In this document: in pieces, positions 1 to 13,166 of the stretch
How the letters are laid out: every line of letters begins with the position of its first letter
How positions within the stretch are numbered: the stretch's first letter is position 1
NCBI GenBank assembly: GCA_016748015.1
Contig: JAAOMT010000675.1
Location: 310,001-374,000, forward strand
Direction of reading: 5' to 3'
Source: Geosiphon pyriformis uo1
Lineage: Eukaryota; Fungi; Glomeromycota
DNA: 64,000 nt
Notes under the pieces: generated by a model
What the model was told of the DNA's origin: nothing
Seen by the model: only the letters and a program-made list of their open reading frames with translations
Databases searched by the model: none
Position numbers and translations under genes: made by a program

Positions 1-2562
1 CTTTTATGTAACTAAAAAACACATTTTGTAAATAACTTGATATAAGAAATTTACAAATGGTTTTATATTAAACAATTCTTATTATTACTTTACTATTTCT
101 AAACAAATAAATTAATAGAATAATTTAACTGAACATTATGTGAATTATTAACCAAAGTCTTAACTGATTTTGAGCAAAAATAAAGTATATTTATTCTATT
201 AAAACAAAATACAACAAAGCACATATTATTTGATTTAACTTGTGAAAAAACAGCAATATTTTCAATTAATCTTATCATAGAAACATACTCAATACAACCA
301 ATCACAAAAGAAAACTTTTAAGAAACACTTTAAAAAAGAGCTTATACTTTTTTTAGTATATTAAAAAAAAACCAATAAATTGTAATTACTTATATTAAAT
401 ATTTTTAAGCTTAATAAAAAAATAACATGATAACAAATTGCCATCTGTTATTAATAAATTTAAAATTAGAAATAAAGTTTTCTTACATAAAACTAAGATT
501 AAAAAACAATAAAATAGAAAATTTAATTATAAATAGAATAGACTATTATATATTTACAAAATTATAGACAATAGATTATACAAATTAAGACTTAATAATA
601 AAATCTTAACAAAAATTGCACATGAAAATTAATTGAAACACCATTATTTCAAAACCAATCTTAAACCATTAATTTTACAAATTAGTACATATTTCTCTTT
701 AATTAATCTTAAAGATATTCTCTAAAATTTAATACTAATAATTATAATAAAACAATAACTAAACCAAAACATTTAAATTATTTATTATATTAGTATTTTT
801 TTTAAAAATAATACAAAAACATTAAACAAAATAGAAAAATAATTGCCAGAAAATACCCAATTTAAAAATATATAAAACTTTTATACTAAAAATAATTTTT
901 TTTTTACAAATATAAAAATTTTTTTATAACTTATAAATATTTTAAAAATTAATAATAGCTTTAAAAACACTTTTTAACTTATCTATGATAATTAATAGAA
1001 GTTAAATTAATTATATTTAGAAAAAAACTACGAATTCAATAGTAAATAACTTATAAAATTATTATTTTTATAGAAAAAACACGAAAATTTTTTTGGAATT
1101 TATTTATCTGAACTTTTGAAGCAAGCTCTAAAAGAAAACTTATTATTTATTTTTATAAACATTTTTTCAAATGCTATAATACAACAAAAATTTCAATTGT
1201 ATCTTAATAAAAGCAGTAAATATATCCTTATTTATTAATATTTTCAAATTAGAAAAACACTGTACCAATAGAAACTAAAACTTAAAGCAACCAATTTTAC
1301 TTTCAAAGTCATATAAAAACAAATACACTATGAATTTAAGACAACAACTGGACCAACAAATATGTAATATAAACTTAGAACAGCTTTTAGATTCTACAAC
1401 TTACTCAATATTTATAAAAATATCTAACAAAATTTAATACTTTAACCAATAAAGATTTAATATATTAACAAGTTCACAGAACTGAAATTTCAATAATTTT
1501 CAGACCAAATTATTTCAATAATACTGAATTATTATCTAGATATTATAAATAGTACTTAGACTTTAATAGAGTTTAGTCTTAAAAAAAATTATGTTATTAG
1601 TAGAATTTAGTTAATAATTAACATAAAATTACTCTTATAAAATTTTATTCTTAATTAGCATATATTATTATCAGTTTAATTATTACTTATTATTTAATCA
1701 AATTATTAAATATTACTATCTAATTAACAACTTAATTTATACAAATACAAATATAATAATTAGATTATGTAATATACCAAACTTTATAACATTCAAAAAT
1801 TTACTAAAATTTGTAAAATTTTGTAAAATAATTTAATAGTTTACCAAAATAATTTGTAGTTTGTAGAAACAACTTGTAATTTACTAAAATGTATTTTTTA
1901 TTTATTAAAATAATAGCAAAAAAAAAATGTAAGTTCAAAGATTAAAACTATAACAAATTATATAAAAGAAGAACTTTTTTTTTTGAAAAAATATATCTTA
2001 GTCAAGAATAATAATCTTATCTTAGAATTTTTTTTTAAGAACAAGTCTCTTAATATAAATCAATAAAGCATTAAATACTTTAAAACATAATTTATTTTAT
2101 ATTAATTACAAATTAAAATTTTCTAAATTTCAACTAATAATTTAAAATTGATTAACTATTAATTTTAATAATCTATTAGTAACTTCAGATTTGAACAGAA
2201 AATGATTTTTTTAACAAACTTTTTTTTTTACAATTTTTTTTTTCTTATTATAATTATTAAAGTAGTTTATAAATGAGATTTCTATAAAAAAATTGATTTT
2301 TACAGCAAAATAACTACATATTTTAGTGAGTTTTTAAATGAATATTTTCTGGAAAAAAGTTGAGTTTTATAACAAAGTAACTATACAAGTAATTAGCATA
2401 GAATTGGCTATTTTATTCATAAATCTAATCATTTAAATTATAAAAAATAATTTAAAGATAAATTCAGTTATTAAAGATTTAACCACTTTCAATAATTTAA
2501 AATTAACAGCAAAACAATATTAACAACATTTAAAATAAAAGACCCAAAAATTTTTAGTAACA
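1..2562 (+). mobile_element. Fossil Ty3/Gypsy LTR retrotransposon, 3' part (integrase remnant, ~0.9 kb spacer, 3' LTR); 5' part lies outside the window
   Basis: 1-760 aligns as an inverted homologue of 2560-3360 and resembles a decayed integrase (PYHPQTNGLVERFNRTL region). A decayed PPT (tcttaaaaaaaatta) precedes an LTR with termini TGTTA at 1592 and TAACA at 2562. Confidence 0.75.
1592..2562 (+). repeat. 3' LTR (~970 bp) of the fossil Gypsy element
   Basis: Termini tgttattag...ttagtaaca. 1700-2562 aligns with the reverse complement of 9604-10460, and 1592-1790 aligns directly with 18139-18340. Confidence 0.75.
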
Positions 2563-5500
2563 ATATTTAAGTTTAAAAAGTTATTTAATAATAATTATTG
2601 ATTCTAAATTTTGGAAAATATCTTTAAGACTAACCAAAAAAAATTATATACCAACTTGTAAAATTATCAGTTTAAGATTGGTTCTAAAATAGTAGTATTT
2701 AAGTCTGTCACTATGTATAATTTTTTTTAAAACTTTGTTATTAAGTTTTAATTTATATAATCTATTTCTTAAAGTTTTATGTATATAAAATAGTTTGTTT
2801 TATTTATAATTAAATTTTTTATTTTATTGTTTTTTAGTTTTAGTTTTATATAAAAAAACTTTATTTCTAACTTTAAACTTTTTGCTGGCTAATGACAGTT
2901 TGTTATTATGTTATTCTTTTTGTTAAGTTTAAAAAATTTCTATATAAGTAATTGCAATTTGTTATTTTTTTTTTAATATACTGAGAAATATATAAGCTCT
3001 CTTTTATAGTGTTTTTTAAAAGTTGTTTTTTGTAATTGGTTAAGCTAAATAGAGTTTTATTATAAAATTAATTGATAATATTGCTGTTTTTCCATAAGTC
3101 AGATTAAATAATATGTGTTTTATTGTATTTTGTTTTAGTGTTTTATATGCTAATAACATTAATAAAATAAAAAAATCTTATTTTTGTTTAAAATCTATTA
3201 AGACTTTGGCTAATAATTTCCAAAGTATTCTGTTAAAATGTTTTACAAATCTATTTGTTTATAAACAGTAAAGCAAAGATAAAAGTCTTTTAATATTGAA
3301 TTATTTACAAATTTCTTGTATTAGATTATTTACAAAGTGTATTTTTTAATCAAATAAAAGTTCAATTAGATATTTATATCAATAATAATGTTTTTATAAA
3401 TGAAATTTGCAATTGATTTTGTATCTGCTTATTAAATTGCTCTTGCTTTAAACCATTTGGTAAGATAATTTATTGCAATTACAATATATTAGTTTTCTTG
3501 AATTGTAATAAATAGTGGTTTAACTAAATAGTAATTTAACTAAATTAATACCAACTTGATTAAAAAATTGTTCAATTTTGATTAAATTTAAAAATTCTAT
3601 AAGGTGTGTTTCTTCTTTTCTTTAACAACTATTACAAAATTTAATATATTAATAAATATTTCTTTTTATTTAGAGCCAAAAATAGTGTTTTAATGTTCTT
3701 TGAATTATGTTGTTTCTTCTAAAATATACTGCTAAGAAATCTGAGTGCATATTATATAAGATTGTTTTTTTTTTATGTTTTTAGATTACTCTAAGTAGAT
3801 TGTTTGAATTTTGGTAATTTCAATAATAAATAATAATATTATGTATAAAATATTGTTTTGCTTGTTATTATAATTAATTTTTTTATTTAGAAACCAATTT
3901 TTTGGTATTATAAATGTTTTTAAGTATTGTTTAAGATTATTATAATTTTCAAAATTTATTGTTTGTTGTTGGTTATTGTTGATTGATTGGATGGTATTTG
4001 AAGTTTTTAATTTTGTCTTATTTTTAAAAAACAATTAATGTTAATATACAGCTTTTCTGGTTTGTAATATATAATATATTAGTAGTTTGTAAAAAATCCT
4101 GTTTATTAAATTTGTTTTGTATTTAATTTCGAGTTTTTGCTTTGTAGCTATTTGAATCTAACATTATTAATAATAATATATAGAGCCCAAATTACTGCTG
4201 CTGTTTTTAGTTTAATAACAGAATAATTTTTCTTTGCTGATTTTAGTATTTTGCTAACATAAACAATTACTTGTTTATTGTTATTGTTATTTAATTATAA
4301 TAAGATAGTACCAAAAATAATATAAGAGACATTTATAACTAGTTAAAATTTTTTGTTAAAATTAATATAAATTAAGATTGAAGCTATTGTCAATTTTTTT
4401 TTAAGAATATTAAAAACTTTTTATTATTCTAAAATCTATTTGTATTTGATGTTTTTGTTAGTTAAACAATTTAATGATTTGGCAATTTTAAAAATTTTTT
4501 GATGAATTTTCTGTAATAAAATATTAATCTAATAAATTTTTTTAATTCAATAATGTTTTATAAGATCTTGAAGTTTTTGACAATATTAATTTTTTTTAGA
4601 TCAGATTTGACTTTTTTTTTATTAACAATATGACTTAAAAAAACCAAATTGGTCTTTTCAAAATAATATTTTCTGATATTTAATTTTAATCTTGCTTTTT
4701 ATAATTATTGAAAAACTTTTTGCAAATAAAATAAATGAACTTTAAATAATAAAAAATAAACATTAGTATTTTTAAGATAAATAACTACTGATTTCTAAAG
4801 AAATCCAGTATAAACAATATTTATAAGCTTTTAAAATATTGCTGGTGTATTACATAATCCAAAGAACATTATATTGAACTCGTAATTTTCACTTTAAATA
4901 ATAAAAACTGTTTTGAGGTGGTTTTTGAGATTTATTATAACTTGTCAATATTTACTTTCTAGATTCAATGTTGAAAAGTATTTTGATTTGCCAAAAGCAT
5001 TTAGCATGTTATTAATTTGTGATAAAAAGTAGATATCTTCAATTATAACACTATTTAGTTGGCATTAGTCAACACAAAAATGTATTTTTCTATTTTTTTT
5101 TAATAAAAACTACTAGTAAAGTTCAAAAATTTATTAATAGTTGAATGAACTCATTGTTAAACATTTGTTGTATTTTTTCTTGAATAAATTAATGGTTTTT
5201 TGGAGCAACTTAGTAGGCTTGTTGTTATTTTGATTTGATATTATTTATATAGATTTAGTATTAAACTAAATCAGTTTTTTCTTAATTATTGTTATTTTTA
5301 ATAAATATGTTTATATGTTCTGTAATTAATTTTTTAAGTTATTTTTGTTGTGGTTTTAATTGTTTCATATTAATTCAAAACAATTTTTTGATAATAACAT
5401 AATAATTTTTAATAGTAAAAGTCAAATAAAATTTCAGGAGAAAATATCCAATTCTTTTTACAAAATTTGAAATTATTTGAAATAACTTTTAATAAAAAAT

Positions 5501-5808
5501 ATTACTGTGAATAATTCCAATTTTTAAATAATTATTTAATATAATAAAATAATTATTTGGATTATAGAAAGTGACATTAAATTTTTTGATTCTTTTTAGC
5601 AAATAATATTTAGAAAAAAAATTATATGTTTTTTGCAAATTTGTTTATTTGATTCAAAAATTTGTTGGATAATAATAAGTATTAGATAATTATATGTTTC
5701 ATAGATTTTTTTAAAGAGTAAGATCGTAATTGTTCTTGGTAATTTAAAAATTTGGTAAGATTTATTTTGTACATTAAAAGCTATGTTTACTAGAATTGTA
5801 AATTATTC

Positions 5809-6222
5809 AGTTAATTCAAAATCTTGGGGTTTTTTTTATTTCTGCCAAGTTTTTCTCGATTTTAACTAATTACAGACTCGAAATATTGATTAAAAGTAAA
5901 TAGCTTAGACAATTTTTTTAATATGTTTAATTGTAAAAAGTTTTTTGGTTTTATTTTAAAATATTACTGTAATATTTCTAGTATATCTTGTATTAATGAT
6001 TTTTTTTCTAATGTTAATTTCTTTGCTTGTAAGTAATAATTGGAAAGCAGTTTGTATTATTGCTTTTGATGGAATTTTGAAAACAATTTTGAGGTTAATT
6101 TTGGTTAAAAACTTTGGTTGTAATGTTAAAATGCTTTTTTCTGAATATTATAAATTATATTTAGCATTAATTTCGTGGGTTTTTTCTGGTTTTATTTTTT
6201 GTCTATTGTTGTTGAAGTATTT
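5809..6222 (-). pseudogene. dUTPase domain remnant within the fossil Gypsy polyprotein
   Basis: Minus-strand codons give NAKYNL (6151-6168; from DAGYDL), IINTRYTRNI (5971-6000; from IIDAGYTG.I), KKIV*A (from EKIAQA) and QDFELT (~5810-5830; from QGFGST), in the canonical order of trimeric dUTPase motifs. Each is restorable by reverting G>A or C>T. Confidence 0.75.
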
Positions 6223-9200
6223 AAGAAATAAAGCAGATTAATTTTTAATACGATAAATTGAAGTTGTCAAGATTTTCTTTAAATTCAATTTTTTTTGATC
6301 ATTTTTTATAAGTAATAATATGCTAAAAGCATAACATTTAGAACAGTATATATTATCATAAAACATGATACATTTTTTATAAAACTGAATATTTATTTGT
6401 TCTAATTGTTGAATTTGGGTTTCTTTGAAAAAATAAACATAATTAGAAATCAGATAAGAAAGTTTTATTATATTTTTATAATTAAATTTGATTAATTTTA
6501 TTATGTATTTGATGTATTTTGCTTTTTTTATTTGACAAACATCTTTTTTTGTTTTTTTATTGATCAGAATCATAGCTAATTCATAGATTATTTTAGTATT
6601 ATATAAATAATAATAGAATTTGTTAAAAATATTATTATAAACTATTGTAAATAGTGTTCTATATTTTATTTTTTAGAAATAAAAAAAACATATTAACAGA
6701 GTTAATTGTATACTCTTTCTTTTATTACAGCATTAATTCAGTTGTATTTTTTTGGTAATAATTTTTTACATACGAAACAAAATATGTTGTTCTATTTTTT
6801 ATTTTATTTTGGGCTTCTAAATCATTTTTGGTAACAAGTTTTATAATAATAACAGATGTAAATTATATATTTTTTTTTTGGTAATATGTAAACTTCTATA
6901 AATAAAAGCTTTTTATTACAATCTTTGTATTTAAGTAAAATATAGGATGGTTGTTTTTTTGGTTTTGGTTTTAAATATAAGACATATTAACTGTTAACTA
7001 GTTTAATTATAGAGGTAAATTATTGACTAATTTCTTTAAATTATAATAATATTAGTTGTAATATATATGTTTTGAATAGCTGTTCAGTTTTTTTAATCCA
7101 ATTAGACCAAGAATTAAGTATTATGTAAATTTTAGTTATTAGTTTTTTTTTTTTGAATTCAAAAACTGGGGCTTTCTTAGATTATTTATTAAAAATGCCA
7201 CAAGTAATAAATACTTTGGTGTATTGGTCTTAATAAAAAATCTTGGATTTTTTAATTTTAATTTACATTGGCTTTAAAAAACTAATTATTTTTGACAAAA
7301 GCTTAATATTAAAATATATTTATAATAAGAACTTTAATTTGAATAATAATTTTATTAAATATAAACAAAAAGTTGTTAATTTCTCCTATTGGTATTTTTT
7401 TTATATTATCAACAGTAGCAATAACTATTTGAGTCAGTCTGTTAATGTTTTGCTTAAGCTGTTACATTAATTGATAAGTAATAATACTTTTAATTAATTT
7501 ACTATTTAAGATTAATCAAATTACTTTTTTTTCAACTTTGGTTTCAATGTATATTATAGTAAATGCTTTTTGTTTTAAAGTGGCTGTATTTTTAAATAAG
7601 AATAATGATTTATTTACTTCAAATTTAAAAGAAAATATGTTTAAAATTTTGGCATTTTTAGCAATTTTTGCTAATGAAATTATTATATTGTTATAAAAAA
7701 AATTTTGGTGTTGTGCTGTAATTCTATTTTTTAAAAGTACAGTATAATAAAAATTCTGGTCTTTTGGTATTGTAAAATAATTAGATTGGATATAAAAGTG
7801 TTTGGATAACTGTTAATTATTATTATAAAATATTAATTATTATTGAGACCAAATCTGTTGTTGTTTGACTAAAAATAGTTTTGTTGTGTAGATTGGTTAA
7901 ATTAAACCAATTATTTTGCTAGTGATTAATAACTTTAAACTAAAAATTATTAATAGTATTGTTGTAGTTATTGTAAAACAGGCTAATAATACATAAACTA
8001 AAGTTTTAGAGAATAATAAATAAATAATAATGAATTATAAGATTGCTATTGTTGGAATGAATAATATTGATTATTTTGTTATTGTTAATCTCTTTGTATT
8101 TTTCAGCAATTACGTTTTCAATGTTCAAAAATTCCATAATAATAGCAGTTTAATTGTTGAAATTGGTTGTTAAATAATAAGAGATTTTCTTGGTTTTATT
8201 ATTAAAGTGGTTAGTACTTTTGTTGTTAGTTAGCAAAGTATGTTTTGACTTTTTTTGTAAGTTGATTAATTTTTTTTTTAGCTATTAAACTGGTTTTTTT
8301 AATTTTTAAATTAACAAATTTAGTATAGTTGGCTTTTTCTATTGCTATTTTATAGTTTTTAACATGTTAAATAGTAATAGCTAAATCTTTTAAAACATGT
8401 GATCAAACTTTTTTAATAAGTTTGTTTTTAAGTTTAATGATAAATTAATTTAAAAATTTGGCATTAAAATAATTAACATTTGTTTTTAGCTGGCAAATTT
8501 TTTTGAAAGTTTGTTAAACTTCTCAATATAAGTTATAATAAATTCAAATAGTTTTTGTTTAATGTTTTGAAAGCAGTTTTAGAGAATAATTAAAGTGTTG
8601 TTATCTGTAAACTATTTAAAGAAAACAATTTTAAAGACTATTTAATTTGCAAAAAAAATAGCCAAGTTTTTAAACTATTTATTTGCAGTTTCTTTAAGAA
8701 AATAAAAAATTGCTTTTAATATTTTAACTGTATTTTATTTATTGTATCTTCTGCTTTAATGACTTGATTAAATCATTTTTGAAAATTGGTTTCAGTATTT
8801 TCTTCAGAAAAATCAAAAAATTTTGCAATATATAAAATCATTTTTTTATCTTTATTATTATCTGTGATTTTTTCTTCTTTTTTCTTTTCTTTGATTAATT
8901 TAAAAACGTTTTTTATTGGTTAATGTTATTAAGTATTTGCTTTGGTTTTCTGCTAAATAATCAAAAAAATTAGTGTTTATATAGATTATTTCTGATTGTT
9001 AAATTGAACTTTTAGTAAAGTTTTTTGGTCTTAAAAATCGGTTAAAAAATAAATTAAATGTCTATAGTTAAGCAAATAAAGTCAAAAAAAGTGTAATTGA
9101 AAGTAGTAATTTAGAACTGGTTTTTTGTTTAAGTATTTACAAATATTGAAAAATTGTTTTTGGTATGTTAAGTATTATATAAACTAGTTAAGTGTTTTTT

Positions 9201-9603
9201 TTTGTTTTTATTACTTGTTTTGGGTTTAGACTCTAATTTAAAAACAAATTGTAAATTAGTAAGATATTTTTCTTTACATAACTTGATAATATTATAGTTA
9301 AGTTTTTTAAAATAAATAGCATAATTATTAGCACTAATATTTTTTGGGTTTTTGTTTGAGTAGTAAATAAAATTTTTAAGGTTTTATTTAACTTTTATAA
9401 TATTGTAGTTTTTAAAAAATAATTTTTAATTTGGTTTTCAATATATTAAAAAAATGTTTTTTTGAAGACTGATTCTGTTTTAAATTCCAAATTATTGTTT
9501 ATAGCAGATGTAAATTAACTAATAGTACTTTAGAGTTATTATGTTAGATACAGTTATTATTTTGATTTAGTTATTGCTATATTATTCTTAAAAGAGTACC
9601 AAA

Positions 9604-10460
9604 TATTATCAAAAAATTTTCTACTTTTTTTAATATTGTTAATATTATTGTGCTGTTAATTCTGCTGTTTAATAGAAATCAATAAACTTTTAATAAACTA
9701 ATTTTTTTTAAAGTATTTTTTTATACTTTGAATTGTGTATACTATTGGGCATATAATAAAATAACCAATTTTATGCCAATTATTTGTATAGTCACTTTGT
9801 AATAAAAATCAATTTTTTACAAAAAATTTTTGTTTGTAAGCTTTTTAAAAATGTGTATAGTTATTTTTTTGTAAAAATCAACTTTTCTACAGAAAATCTC
9901 GACTGTAAACTATTCAATAATATAAAAAAAATAAAAAAAAGTGTTAAAAAAGTCATTTCGAATTTAGATTTGAAAGTTGCTAATGATTACTGAAATTAGT
10001 AGCTAATTAATTTTAAACTGTTAGTATAGAATAGTTAATTTCAAACAAAAATAATTAAGAATTTTGTTTTTCAAAGTGAGTTTTATTGGAATTGATTTAT
10101 AAGAAAAATATTTAATAGAAGATTAATTTTAAGTAAGATAAATTTTAGTTTAAATATATTATCTTAAAAAAAGAGGCTTTTTTTTTATATAATTTGTTAT
10201 AATATTATTCTATGATTTAACACACTTTTTTTTCTACTATTTTGGTAAACTAAAAATACATTTCATTAAATTACAAATTATTTCTGTAAAATATAGATTA
10301 TTTTAATAAATATTAAATATTTTGTCAAATTATTAAATATTTTGGTAAATTCTAAATGTTATATAATTTGGTGTATTATATAATTTGATTATTACAATTT
10401 GGTTTTATTTGCATTTTGTACAAATTGACTTATTAATTGAATAATAATTCTAATAAATAG
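9604..10460 (-). repeat. 5' LTR (outer end eroded or truncated) of the minus-strand fossil Gypsy
   Basis: Its reverse complement aligns to 1700-2562, and it is immediately followed on the minus strand by a PBS-like sequence. Confidence 0.7.
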
Positions 10461-11783
10461 AACTTTAAAACAAAAAAATTTTCAGAAATTGATAATCTGT
10501 AACATAACTAAAACCAATTTATTTGATTTTTATACTGCTTTTATTATTAAATTACGAGTATCAAATATTATAATCATATCTTATTTAGTTTATTCATAAT
10601 ATTATATAATTATTAAAATTAATTTTTATATAATTTAGTTTAATTTTTAAGAAAATAATAATTAAACAAATTTTTTTAATTAAAAAATTTTTATTAATTA
10701 AAAAAGTATTATTTTAGTTTTTATAATATTAATTTAGCTTTTTAAAATTTATAATACTATGTATTAATTAAATAAAAATACATATAAAAAACATAACTTA
10801 ATTATTTTTTATTAAATTATAATTGTTTAAAGTAATTATATTAAACAAGATAATTATATATAAATTAATATTTATTTAATAAATATTTTATTATTATTGT
10901 TATTTAAATCAAAAAAATACTATTGTTTATAATTAAATCAAAATTAATTGTTTTTATTAAAATTAATAAAACAAAATTAGTAAAAAATAGAATAATAATT
11001 TCCAAAATTTTTAAACTATTGTATTTTAATATATTAAATAAAACATATTTTTTGGTATTTTTTAAAAATTGACTGCTGTTATTGTAACTGATAATAAAAA
11101 TTGTCTTTTGGTTATTTTGTTTTTTTTGGTTATTTAAAAAATAGTAATAATATGAATAATAGTAATTATTATATAAATAATTAAAAAAACAATAGGTTTT
11201 TTATTAACTTATTGTTAAAAATCTTAAAACTTTTAATAGTAATTCTAATAACATTATATTTATTTTTAATCTATTATTTAAAAAAATTGGTTTAAATTAA
11301 AAAATTGCTTTATAATATTTTGTTTAACTGTTTTCAATATTAAAAAAACCTTTTTGGTTTTTGTTTCTTAATTATAATGATTGTTTCTTTTTAGTTGTAA
11401 GCATAAAATATACAAATTAAAAGACAAAAGAGTTTTTATGGTTTTTTATTAGTTATTACACACTTGTTATATATTATCAAATAAGTTTTTGACTTAGATA
11501 TTTTAAAAATGAAAATTTAAAAGCCAATATTTTTGTGAAATCATTTATTATTTTTTAATAATATTCATATTTTAAAAATAGAATTTAACAAAAATATTTC
11601 GTTACTTAAATTTGCGTTATAATTAATTTAAACGATAAAAAAATATGTTTTACTTAAAATTATAAATTTAACTAAATTATTAATTTTAGTACATTTAATA
11701 TCAAGGCTAGTCACATGGTTTAAAGATTAAAAACGCTAGTTAATATCTACGATGATCTTTTGAAGTTTTGATCACTAAAAAAA

Positions 11784-13166
11784 ATGGACGAACTTTTTGC
11801 CCTGCGAAATCTCTTTTACACTGGCAAGTTTCACACACCGCTCATAACTCCCGCCCTCTTTTTCTCTCTTGTTACTGCAAACACCACAATTGACTGATTG
11901 CCTCTCTATTGCCTTTTCAAACTACTCACAGGATCCTTTCAACAAGTCATCAACGAAGCAAACTCACGCACTCAAGTTTCCGAAGCCTCCAAACTTGAGC
12001 GCAAAATCTACCTCTATCGAGCCTATATCGCCCAAGGGAAGTATAAAATTGTCATTTCCGAAGTCAAAGATTCTGATTCGGTTGATTTACGGGTAGTCAA
12101 GTTATTGGCGGTATATCTGCACGCAAAAGCACAACAGGACGACACAAAACGAGAAAAAGTGGTGAAACAGTTACGTGAGGAGGTGTTAGACGAGCCAGCG
12201 AATTTGGGAAACACGACAATTCAAATTATTTCCGGCACAATATACTATCATGAAGGCCTATTTGAGGACGCATTAAAAGTTTTAGTGAAGAACAAGAAGA
12301 ATCTGGAGTGGTAAGTTCAAAGTGTGGGGTGAATTGAGACGAAACAAATTTAAATGGGTGAGAGATTAGGAAAATCAAGAGTTTTTAGTTAAACTAAATT
12401 TTTTTTACTTTATTATAATTAGTGTTGCTCTCATCATCCAAATCTATTTACGATTGGATCGTGTAGATTTAGCAAAACGAGAGCTTGTGGGGGTAAAGTC
12501 ATGGGCAGAAGATGCGATACTGGCTCAACTAATGGAAGCCTGGGTTGGTCTTCGCATTGTAAGAAAATGGGTCACATATTAGATTTAAATAATGATTCAT
12601 TTTAACGCATTATCATTCATTAAACCCTTTATTTAATTACTACAGGGTGGCGATAAGTATCAAGAAGCTTATTATATTCATGAAGAAATTGCACAATCCC
12701 CAACATCTAATACTGTGAAAATTTTGAATGGGCAAGCGGTGTGCCATATTCATCTTGGTAGATATCCTGAAGCTGAGGGGTTATTGCTGGAAGCTTTGAA
12801 TAAGGTTTGTATACTTTGAATTTTCCCCAAGGTTTTTTGTAATTTAATTTGAAAGATTTTTGACTCAATTCATGCAAAATATATTAGAATAATGATGATC
12901 CAGAAATCCTTGTGAATCTCATCGTTGTCTCGAATTTGGCCGGAAAACCGGCAGACGTTGCTAGCCGTTATTTGACGTTTGTTAAAAATCTTATCATTGG
13001 AATTAGATTACATGGTTGTTCTCACCTTATCTGAAAATTATATTAATCATAACATTTGATCAACAGGCAACTGAAAGACGTATCACCAAATCACCCCTTC
13101 TTGCAAGATCTCGAACTTAAGACTTTTTTCTTTGATCGGGCTGCCCAACGTTATTCATTAACCTAG
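11784..13166 (+). CDS. SEC28: Coatomer subunit epsilon (COPI epsilon-COP). Exons 11784-11823, 11932-12310, 12423-12558, 12646-12804, 12888-12976, 13067-13166
   Basis: The spliced translation MDELFALRNLFYTGSFQQVINEA...YLYRAYIAQG...NLECVALIIQIYLRLDRVDLAK...WAEDAILAQLMEAWVGL..GGDKYQEAYYI...EAEGLLLEALNK...HPFLQDL...FDRAA has the characteristic epsilon-COP motifs. All junctions keep frame; the first intron is GC-AG and the rest are GT-AG. Confidence 0.95.

Larger units (their letters stand above)
2563..10460 (-). mobile_element. Fossil Ty3/Gypsy element (gag-PR-dUTPase-RT-RNaseH-IN), heavily A/T-eroded, interrupted just after integrase by the + strand element
   Basis: After reverting G>A/C>T changes the minus strand gives RT (4830-5090: FCVDYRQLN...YFSTLDLESGYWQV...YEFNVMPFGL), RNase H (4180-4270: YASKILKSAEKNYSV.ELETAAVIWAL) and integrase (2700-3400). 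A PBS remnant tggtactcttttaag at 9587-9601 abuts the 5' LTR. Confidence 0.8.

Noticed and set aside
1592-10460. Large inverted repeats (1700-2562 vs 9604-10460) suggesting a TIR-bounded or DIRS-like element
   Set aside because: Each repeat is an LTR of a different, oppositely oriented Gypsy copy: one follows a PPT and the other precedes a PBS.
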